Part shown: piece after piece, positions 50,280 to 60,590 of the stretch
Layout of the letters: every line of letters begins with the position of its first letter
Numbering within the stretch: the stretch's first letter is position 1
From: Psilocybe cubensis
Lineage: Eukaryota
Assembly (NCBI GenBank): GCA_017499595.2
Contig: CM039006.1
Location: 1,798,001-1,862,000 of the forward strand
DNA: 64,000 bases
Direction: 5' to 3'
Translations under genes and position numbers: made by a program
The notes under the pieces: model-generated
The model's database searches: none
The model's input: the letters and a program-made list of their open reading frames with translations, nothing else
Told to the model about the DNA's origin: nothing

Positions 50280-52846
50280 TTAAACACTGACCCGTCCCAA
50301 ATTCTTCAATACCAAATCCTTGCTCCACTTGCGCAAAATGTGCTTCTGAACCTTGCCACTTGCCGTCTTTGGGAGCTCTGCAGGGTTACCATCCTCTCCA
50401 ATGAACCACACCCAAGCTGGGGCATTCTGTTCATATATTGCATGTCAATATATTTTCTAAGAACCTTCCTTGTAAAATGAACACACCTGGGGATTCATGT
50501 TTGTTGAGACAACCTGGCGGACTTCTTCCTTGGAGATATGCGTGTTTGGCTCACGGACAATCCACGCGCCTACTACCTCGCCATATTTAGCATCGGGGAC
50601 CGCGACTGCAGCTGCTTCTCGTATATCTGGATGAGCTGTCATAGCGTTTTCTATCTGGACTGGGAATAAGTTCTACCAAAACGATATTCGTTAACCATCA
50701 CAATAAACCACAAAGCGTTAAAACGTACTTCGCCACCCCGGATGATGATGTCCTAATCACAAGGTCAACCAACGTGTAAAGCTAATCATTTGGATCTTGT
50801 GTCCTACCTTGATCCTTCCAACGACTGTTCTGGTACGATCAATACGTTATTCTCCAGCAGTAAATATCGAAACTTGCCTCTTAGATAGCCTTCCTCATCC
50901 ATGATACCCTCGTCTCCCGTATGCATCCAAAGAGTCCCGTCCTCATCCCTTTTCATGACGCTCCTAGTCTGCTCGTCGTCTTCCCAGTACCTACACAAAA
51001 GCGACTTAGTGCTTCCTCGTGTTTCGAGCACCAAACCGTCAACGCCTACCCTTTTTGCAACAAATATCCAGCAACACAAATCTCGCCTGGTTTCCCAACA
51101 TCAACGACGTTGCCTTGCGTGTCGATGATTTTCGCCTTGACGTGCGGTTGAACTTTTCCTACAGTTTCTACGCGCTTGATGATGGGATCAGCCGGCGTGG
51201 TCTGGAATGATACTGGACTCGTCTCCGCTGCCACACATTTGTTGGTTACCCAAAGACCCAGGAGCTATGTCAATGACTCACTCATTCCATACGCGTTTGT
51301 CAATTCAGTCAAATTAAGCTCGGATATAAGATGCTTCATAAGATCTATAGGTATAGGTGATCCAGCTGCAATTCCAGTTCTGCGGGCCATAGATGTCAGC
51401 ATGGACTGAAGACCACTCAAAAAAAAACAATAGTTGGCTTACCTCAAAGTCGACATGTCAGGAGTTCTGCCATCTTGCTGACGTTGCTTAACTTCCGCCA
51501 AAACTCCCAGGAAATGCGTAGGTACGCCATGCAATGCTGTACACCTTTCTTCTACGACGGCATCGACGATTGACGGTGCGTCGAATATTGCAGATGGATA
51601 TACGATGGATGAACCGTGCGCCCAAGCCGCTAGGTTCCCTAAAACAAGGCGTATCGGCACAATACAGGTAAGTCAAACTGTCAGCAAAGGAAAAGGAATG
51701 GACATATCAAAGCAATGGAATAATGGCGGTACGTTGCAAACAATATCTTTCTCAGTGAGTCGCATACACCGACCGATAGAAATTGCATTGTTTAGGAGAT
51801 TGGAATGTGTAAGCTGTGAAGAGGTAAGAAAAACACAGAGTATAAGAAGAGTCATACTCACAGATACAGCTTTAGGTAGGCCAGTCGTTCCGCTTAAGCT
51901 GGAATTTAGAAACAATTTATGTTGCATTCATATAAAACATACCTCGTGAATTGTAAGTTAATAACCTCATCTTTATCTAAACCAGCATAAATATCCTTTT
52001 GTAGTCGCGCTTCACGACTGTCTTCTCTCCATACTAAAATTTCCCGCCAGTCAACCGTACCCTTAATGTGCAATGGTGCCAAATCTGCCCGATGTTCATC
52101 CTTGTTATCAACGACGACGAGGTTGCGCAAATGGGGTAGATCTGGAATTTGAAGTTCTCCAGGTTGATGGTTACGAATTTCGAGGAATGCTTCAGACAGA
52201 GTGCGAACGTATGTGGATGTTCGTATTTGAGGAACGACAAATAGATGTTTAACGGAAGATAGGTTCAGTGTGGACACCTGCAACCGAGTAAGCGCTAGAC
52301 AAGATTCCGAGCGAGAACAGTCAACGTACAAGCTCAGTCAAACGATAGGCTGGGTTCATTGTAACCAAAATGGCCCCTATACTCGCACAAGCCCATTGAA
52401 GCATAGCATACGAACTGCAAAAAGTATATATATCTTATGACGCTTCGCATTTCAAAGTTTTGATTGCCATACCTATTATTCCCCATAATCACCCCGACAC
52501 GGTCTCCCTTCTGCACGCCCATGGCCAAAAGCCCCCTCGCGAGTGCGTTTATGTGTCGATCGAATTCCATAAAATCCCATGCGAGGTGTGTCCCCACACC
52601 CAGGTTATGCGACGCTGGTCCACCATGGGCACGAGGAAGTTCTTCCCTACAGATCAATGCAGGTCGATCGCCAAACTTGCTCAACACCTCGCTGTTGAAG
52701 TATTCCGGGAGTGTCTTGAATGAGAGCGGAGGGTCCAGTGGGCCTTGGACTGCAGACTTCGTCAAGGTTCTGTTGGGGAAGGCATTCCGTGCCGCCGGGA
52801 ATGATGATGAGGATACATGGCGCAGAATTGCGCGCGTCACCGCCAT
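50280..52846 (-). CDS. AMP-dependent acyl-CoA synthetase (ACSF2/YngI-like) with probable mitochondrial presequence; has GT-AG, GC-AG and AT-AC introns
   Basis: INLQFTSGTTGLPKAV, PLFHCFGLVLGNL (needs the AT-AC intron), LHGVPTHF, AYGMTETSPVS, WMHTGD, VVGRIKDIIIRGGENL, PKTASGKVQK. Arg/Ser-rich N-terminus. Confidence 0.93.
50825..50877 (-). other. GC-AG intron (53 nt) in the acyl-CoA synthetase gene
   Basis: AGA G|GCAAGT...AACAG|TC GTT GGA AGG ATC AAG restores YLRVVGRIK. Confidence 0.85.
51651..51707 (-). other. Non-canonical AT-AC intron (57 nt) in the acyl-CoA synthetase gene
   Basis: Minus strand TGC TTT G|ATATGTCC...CCGATAC|GC CTT GTT restores the conserved HCFGLV. Read-through hits an in-frame TGA. 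Confidence 0.82.
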
Positions 52847-53219
52847 AGACGCACTCTATGAAGGTAAAAAGCAACCACTCTAATAACCGGATGCCATAAA
52901 GCCATTTCCCTTGACGTTACCGCACAACGTTCACATGAGCCACTAGCGCTGATCATGTGGGACATTGAGCTATCAGTGCTTCATGTCCTGGCAAACCAAT
53001 CCATAGTAATTTGCAACTCCTGCATTCATCGGAATTTCTAGACGTGTTATCTTGCTGAAAACAAATTGAAGTCAAAGTAATGTCCAGGAACAAAGCAAAA
53101 GTGACTCCTATTAGTTGATGCATAGTAACGGCACAACGGTCGGCATAGAAATCTGAGATTAAAATATAAAATCTCCGACTTTACACATCAATTCGCGTTT
53201 ATCTCGCGCACATTCATCG

Positions 53220-53359
53220 TCTCTGCTAGTATATCGGTTAGTACACGCGCCTGTCACGCGCGAAAGCTGGGTTCGACTTCCGCAACTGCCGTTCGTCCAC
53301 CATCGATCCAAAAGAATCTATTACCGGACCGTCGGCGGCGGGCGCTGTGTTTTATTTTT
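53220..53359 (+). tRNA. tRNA-Asp(GTC)-derived Pol III unit with disrupted or interrupted 3' half (tRNA pseudogene, SINE-like element or interrupted tRNA)
   Basis: A box TAGTATATCGG, D-stem GTAT/GTAC, perfect anticodon stem CGCGC-CTGTCAC-GCGCG, B box GGTTCGACT. The immediate 3' sequence does not close the acceptor stem. T-runs at 53350-53359. Confidence 0.7.
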
Positions 53360-53642
53360 CATCTACAGCACCCTCGCACTGATATTCAGAAAGGTATGCT
53401 GATCCTTTCCACGGTATAGATGATGTGATCTACTAAAAATACGAGCAATGTTCTTGAACTTATCACCGAAGTGCGTCTCTTTTGCTGCTCGAGGTCATGT
53501 TGCTCGAAGTTAACTGTATACACCGCCCAAGAGTCACCTTGAATTACTCTATTCATCTTGGATGGTCCAGGAATGACTGAAATCCTTGTCGACCATTTTA
53601 AATTGCCTCCTTGATAATAAACTGTCATCCATGACATTGACA

Positions 53643-56600
53643 CTCTCATTATGGATTTCTCTGGAGTTTAGACATCCGTCGGCACAAGATTGTTGGGGAC
53701 TTGATTGCGCCGCAAATATCAGTTCCTAGATGATTTTCATCGCCAGCATCCATCTTTTGCCCCGTACTATGACACCTTATTAATGATATACCTTTTGCAG
53801 CGGAACCATATTTGCAATCCGTTTCCCCGTCCAAGTTCAATTTTGAACGACTGTACTAAGCTGGGATACACCAATGCATGCTTTTTGGCTTAGCGTTTCC
53901 GGTTCTAAATATCGGCAGGTAGAATTGATGAAGCAGTGGTGCCGGTTCAGTCTCGACGACGATTTTCGACCCTCGGTTCGTAACCAATGTCTCACGATAT
54001 GGGGCCTAGAGTCTTATCTTCTCATCGTGTGGCTCCCAAATACTACGCCAAAACCTTGAACGATGCCTCATATTTGCTGTCGCTTCACTGTTGTTTCGGC
54101 ATATCCTTTTTTACTACGACGGACATCCCATAAAGCCTTACTCTGCCACGCCCACAACTGAAATCAGATGGGCTGCCTTGGTCCACCAAGTGTTTGAGGA
54201 ATATTGGGACTCGCCGCCTTCGGGAAGGATAAACTTGGATCTGCCCCATCGACTGCGCAATTGTGTCACATTCCAAACCTGTTTGAAGATATATTCAGTC
54301 GGAGCTCGTTTCTGCACTAGGTGCACACAACTGCTGGTACTACTAGGGCGATTTACCCTTGGCTAACTGGCATCGATAGATTTTCGAGCAGACGTATTCT
54401 GAGGTGTCACAGCAAGCCAGACCTCGATTGGATTCAAAGTTTGCAAGCTTACATATTCTGCATCCAATTGTGACTTGTATCTATCAAACGCCTTCAAGTT
54501 CACTCCCTGATCACACGGTCTCTAATGATAGACCTCCTCGGTCCCTCTTAGGAAGCAGTGCTCACACCGATTTTTGGCTATGCACTCACGATATAATCCT
54601 CAGGTAGACTTTAAATACTTCAAATTCGGTTGCTTGAAATGCCCTTTCCTTGGCCTTTTCGTTTGTACGTTGGACCCCTTCACCACCGCTCTTTCCGTAT
54701 AATGGCTCTCCAAATTGGGACCCAGGAGACGACAATGTTAGCGAATTCCGGTACTAGATCCAGACTGGTAGAGATAGGTCTGGGTATGGTTCTTCTGGGC
54801 GTAATATTTTCATCGATGTAAGCCTCTAAAGTAAAATAAAAATTCTCACATATACTCATTATATTGGCACTCATTATACCGGCAGAATGTACGGTATGAT
54901 GATAAGTCAGGCGCAGCAATACTTTGAGCGTTTCAAGAAGGATCAAACCATTGTGAAATCTCTGGTATTCATTCATTACTATCTCGACGTATTTTTCTGC
55001 AACTCTGACCAGAATGTCCGAAATACTAGGTGGTCCTTGTCATGTGGGTTTTGATTTTGACTCTCAATCACATTCATGTTAATCATGGCGCTGGTGGGAT
55101 ATAGCATCTTGAACACTGCGTCCATGCTCTTTGTTTGCCATGCAGGGTGGTCAGTATGCTAGACATCGGCTCAGGGTAGCATGAAAATAATACTTCCCCG
55201 TTATTCAGGTACTATCTCATTACAAATGGACCAGCAAGGGTGTCGGTTTGGTAGGTCGACGCATTCCAACGATCAATCCAATCGACTTGTTGACGGTATA
55301 CCAATAGGAGCTTGAACGTTGAATTAGCGCTATCTGTTAGTTACCATGACCTCCGGTGAAACGCGATACTGACTGGCGTACACAGATGCTTATGTCGGCA
55401 CTGACAGAATCGTAGGAGAAAATATTCCTTTCCTTGTGAGACAGAAGTGTTAATGACAAATTAGATTCCTCGCCTTCCGAGTATACAAGCGTACGATGAT
55501 TTTTGTCCTGACGTATGTTTATATTAACATAGGTTTCCAGTGAGCGGCAACAACGTTTGGCTTACAGGAATACTGGTGAGCGCTTACCTGGCATTCATCG
55601 ACATATGAGCGCTGACAGGCGCCTTTGCTACGTTGCATCAGCTTGCACTAGCTTTGATACATTTCGGTGAGTGTCAAAGCAGAGTATTTTAGCAACCTCA
55701 CAACGATTTACTTTTTCCCGGAAATCCAGTTAGTGGGGAAGGTAACGACCTAAAGCCGAGTTGATTGAACGTGATTAACGTCCTTCGAATTACAGTGGCT
55801 GCCATCGAGTTGCTACTTCTAAAAAAGCATGCTATGCTGACAAGCGGCAAGGTCAGATTTCCTGGCCGTTTTGGTTGCACACATTACTTAACATTTTTTA
55901 TTCCAAATGTAGGTACCGACAATCCTTCGTCTGAGCAGCGCCGTAGCCTGCGATACGGCGATAGCAGGCTCCCTGTCTTACTATTTGCACACGAAAAGGA
56001 CCGGTTTTAAGAGGTTTGACCGTTTTTATAGGGGCACCCTTTCACGGAGCTAACGTCTTTCAAACCAATAGAAGCGATAAAATGATTAATTATCTGATCC
56101 TTTTCTCTATAAATTCTGGATTGTTATTAAGGTGCATCAATCATTTCATAACCCTTTTAAAATATACTCAAGTTTCCTGTATTTAGTGCGACCTCCATCG
56201 GATCGTTAATCACTGTGAGAGCAACCATCATGATTGTACCGAACAAAAAATTGACCTAGCATCAGTATCTCCTCGTTCCCAAGCTTTGGGTGTACACTGC
56301 TCTTTGCTTCTTACTTAGCCGATGTACGTAATGGTATATGCCTAACATTTCTCCGTTCACTGATTTTTGAAAAGTGTATGCTACCACATTCCTTTCTTCG
56401 TAAGACAAACACTACCCGCCTCGAGAATATTTGCTCAGTCTTCCAACTAGGTTGAATTCTCGACAAGTGCTATTTAACGACACTTTTGACGAGAAAGATG
56501 GCCCTATCGTGAAAGTCAAACACTCTACCCGTCATCGAAGCCGTCGATCCAATGCTAATTGGGTAATCGACCGATCTAAAACACCAGATAAGGTGCGTGG

Positions 56601-56960
56601 TGAATATCAGACACATCTCCACCGGGTTCTCATCTATAATTCACAGACCCCTACTCAAATATATGTGGTTACCGAAACCATTATCGACAACGTCCCTCAA
56701 CACCTGGACCCTGAGATGGTGAGTGAGCGTAAATCCACTGGATGCAGGAAGGTCGTTTGATGCGTTTATGATCAGATTCGAAGTCCGAAAGATACCCAAG
56801 GGAAACAATTGTCGGAAAGCTCATCATCATCCGGAAGTGACTCCTCGTCTGAACTGGCATCTCAAAGAGGCGAGTCTGTGTAGAAGGTTGTTTACTGCAT
56901 GGGTTTTATTATTTGTCAATATATACCCATATTACCTGACTGTGCGGCCTAGTTGAGTTT
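53643..56960 (+). repeat. Diverged tandem segmental duplication, copy A (DUF6534 gene plus ~1 kb upstream and the 3' flank)
   Basis: Collinear matches to 60591-63956, e.g. ctcattatgg, gacatccgtcggcacaagatt/gacacccgtcggcagaagatt, tttccggttctaa, tctcacgatatggg, cctgactgtgcgg. Confidence 0.85.
54702..56883 (+). CDS. DUF6534-family multi-pass membrane protein, copy A, 20 exons
   Basis: Manual splicing gives MYGMMISQAQQYFERFKKD...WYYLIT...FLAFRVYKLSG...CDTAIAGSLSYYLHTKRTGFKRSDKMINYLILFSINSGLLLS...LYATTFLSSLNSR, the Agaricomycete DUF6534 signature. Confidence 0.85.
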
Positions 56961-57096
56961 GTGATTAAGGCCTGCCCAATTCCCAGTGGGGACTTTAGCG
57001 ACTTTGAATCTCGGGGACTTCTACTATGCTTCCGATATTTAATGAAAAATAAATTAATATTTCAATTGAGACTACAGTACTAGACTTCCTATGCAA

Positions 57097-60000
57097 TCCA
57101 CTTACCTATGTGTAGAGATTCGATGTACGCACAGCCAGCGCGATCAAAGCGCGATAAAGCGCGACGCGACGCGACGAACGAGCGTCACATGACGTTCGCG
57201 GGACCCGATCTCGGCAGCCTACTGCGTTCATATTAGAGACACTCTCCACTTGCTCTCCACTGACAATGACGCCCAGGCCGTGTTAACCAGGCAAACTCCC
57301 TTAAGCTTGTATCCTAGCCATTCCATGACATGCACGCCTACGAGGATGCGACTGACGACTCCTACGTATGCCCACATCCATCCTTAATACACGATGGCGA
57401 GGAGGCGGGGTAGACGGCACAATGCACAGGCCGCTGTTTGTGGGCGTGGGCATACCTTACCTACACGTTGTTGTCAACAGAGATTGGGGAGGCGGACTAG
57501 AGAGCACGATACGCTGGGCGCTGTGCATTGCTGTAGTGGTGGATGGCACAACTTGCAGGTGTCAATCTGAGCGCTGAGAGCAGCCGCGATGCGGTGCGGT
57601 GGCGATGGCGCACACACCTTCTGAGAGGCTGTGGGCAGAGAAAGCGGTGGGGATGTGGAGGCATACAGCTAGGCAATACACCTGTCGAGATGCCTCCAAA
57701 ACGGTGTGTATACCCTTTCACAGTTCGCACGCAACCACACGATGAACTTGATTCAGTCTGCGATCGTATACTAGTCACACACGCCCTTGCTATAGGTGGC
57801 TGACGAGGATGGCCGTCTGCCCTGCAATGATCAATCGTTGACGTGTTTTCCTGGCAGTCTATAAAAGCCCTGCTTCTCGCCTAGAGATCATCACTACAAC
57901 ATCAGACATATTCTTTATTCTTCACTTTCCTTCAACGGTTACCTGCAGCGAAAAGTACATCATCTTTCTCGTGCGCTTCATTGACAACGTACAACTAATT
58001 TATCCGACACATCAAACTAGGGATGACACGTTCAGTGTTGGTTGAGTACATCAAGACAAAGCCATTTTCGATGAAGAAGCATTTTTTTTTTCAAATTTCA
58101 TGCGAAGAGCAAGCTCATATAGAACTTCTGACAAGGCATTCTGGATGATTCTGTATGACGACTATGTCTCAAAGTCGGCTGCTCAAATGATACTCCAGGT
58201 GTTTCGATGATTATGTCAACACCAACGCAACAAGCGCCTTCGTCCCATTTGTTATGGACCGTATAGCACTGGTGTATTAAGCGATGAATACACCCCTAGC
58301 AGAGTACTAGAAATGTAAATGACAAGGTAGGTCTCCCTGATTAACGAAGGGGAACTGTAGTTATGAGGGTGATCCTCTAGAGCAACGAGTAAGATGTTAA
58401 GTAAACCGAGTAAGTGACCTACTTTACCGTGTAGTTCGCAGTTCACAAAGTCTGGAAAAGCGTCAGGACTTTCGTGAGCGAAGGTTCAAATTCACGCTGA
58501 AGTATTGGTAGGTAAAAAGTAGATTGCTTTGAGTCTTATTTACTTCTTCCTTTTATACAACCTATTTACTAATGGTCTAGTATATTCTACAAGGTGCTGA
58601 GAGCCTCTACGAGGCTCTCAGTCGTGCTACAAAGTACTACAAGTCCATTCCTGACTAAGTAACTCAATTTGATAAGTCGGTGTTCGGTCATGTGGTCCGA
58701 GGTTTCGAAAAGCTATTTGAGTTCTTCAGGCAAAACGAAAAGGTCCGTTAGCTATCTACGAGTAGCTACGTATTATACAGCCGATTGGTCGGTTCCAAGA
58801 AAATCCAAGGGAAATATGAAGAGGAGGAGAGTTATTACAAAAAAAAGGTGGGAGCCGTCGATGGCACCATAACACCATTTCAATTAGTACTCGACGACAT
58901 GGATTCTACTACCTGTCTTTGTGCAGCGCATTCAGCCAAGCCTTAGATTGCTCTGCGCAGTAAAAACCCTGTTTTGCCTTCACGCTGAAGATCTTGAATT
59001 AGGCGGACCCTCTCGCCGGATCGATCTTCTTACTTTTATGGATGCGTGGTCTTCAAGAATCGCTGCGCTGTCTACATCACCAAATTCCGACAAAGCGAAC
59101 CGTTGATGGGCAATTCCTCTTCCCTGAATGGCTATCTTAGGTTCTGCACACCCCTCAGCATCGATCGCTTTCTCAAATCTTGGTCACGTATGTCAGGACC
59201 GCTTCGTCCTATTTTCCTGAGACGATGTCGCTTCTGATGAATGTAAATCAAGAATCTACCTTGACTTGCATTCTTTCTCAAATCTTTCAGGATCTACATC
59301 TTTCTCGTGGATCCAAGATGTCGATGCAATCAGAACACGCTGAGATCCAAACAGCAAAATATAGAAAATTTGTCTGCTTGCTTTACTACTTGGATGGGCT
59401 CCTCTGGTTGACGGACTACGTCCTATTTTTTTCTGTGTTGGGCCGCTCTCTTTGGAACTATGTTTGTCTGTGGGTTCGATGTGTCTCCCTGGTGCTTAGT
59501 TTCCAACAATTGGAGTCTTGCTACTTCTGTACGAATGTCTCTATATGACCCTAGGATTGACATCCTCGTACATGCGCCCAGTTCTCATGACTCCTTTTCG
59601 GTATGGACTGCAAAGCTGAACAGCTAGACAAGGTTTTGTATCTTCTAAACTTTGTCTTCCGGAGAGGTAAAACTTTTCCTTTTTGCAGTTATCTGGTCAT
59701 TGTCCTTTTGACTTTGGAACACAGGTATCCACGTCCTTACAGTACCCAAATGCGATCCGTTACAACCTAGCGCCACCTGGTCTGCTTGAGGAGTTTAGTA
59801 CGGCTTTGGAACAACGGCACATATCGTTTTACTCCCTCTTCGCGATATGCGGTGTTGATCTCAGCGCCTCATTGCGCGTTCTTCGATTAGCCTGCTCATC
59901 GTCGATTCGAAGACTTTGTCGCCTCAAGCCACTTCGATGGACCCGTTCCAATTTCCGGGACCTGAAAGTCGTCCATCGCCATCAACATAGTAATGCATGC

Positions 60001-60134
60001 AGCTAAAAAAAAGTGTGGTCATACGCATGGTGTGTTTGTTGTGTTTGCCCTATGTGTACTGTGAATGTCTGTTAATATATGCGTTTGATCACCTATATGT
60101 TGATGGCCCGGGATTGGCCTTTTGATATTTCTAG
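57097..60134 (+). mobile_element. Possible decayed non-autonomous Helitron carrying a pseudogenised gene
   Basis: Candidate 5' A|TC at 57096/57097, followed by a CpG-rich repeat tract. Candidate 3' GGCC-N7-GGCC hairpin (60105-60119) lies 11 nt before CTAG|T (60131-60135). No Rep/helicase ORF seen. Confidence 0.3.
57860..60006 (+). pseudogene. Decayed intron-containing gene remnant of unknown family
   Basis: TATAAAAG at ~57861, a pyrimidine-rich leader, GT..AG-bounded coding-like segments (e.g. VRGFEKLFEFFRQNEK / KIQGKYEEEESYYKKK) interrupted by stops and frameshifts. Confidence 0.35.
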
Positions 60135-60590
60135 TTGGTGATGAGATTTCGAAAAAAATTATATGGATGTTATATCAGATACTACCTGTCGAAATGGTGA
60201 TGTCGGACAGTGGGCATGTCGCAGGATAGTTGGAATACCCATTGGTATCTGTTCTAGTATGGAGGCAGACTCATTGATGACAGCGTAGCTTCCCGCAGTG
60301 AGGCTCGAAACTTTTGAAGGCACCGCGCGGAATTTTGGAAACAGCAAACTGGAAGCAAGGGAATAAGAATCCAATTGTTTAGCATCCCTGTCCGGGGCCC
60401 TCTGCTCGTCAACCATGTATTGAGTGAGTGAATTTAAAACACATTCTGAAATACTCTGGAGACATGTTTCATGTTTTGCAAAGTGGCATGTTGCATAAAG
60501 TTTGTGGATGGCATCTTGGATGAAGTCATGCAAATCTCACCGATTGTTTTAATCAATTCTTGATTTGAAGAAACGGTCATGTCGGTCTCA

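Noticed and set aside
51700-51707. Interpreting the AT-AC intron as U12-type
   Set aside because: The donor is ATATGTCC rather than ATATCCTT, and there is no TCCTTAAC branch site near the 3' end.
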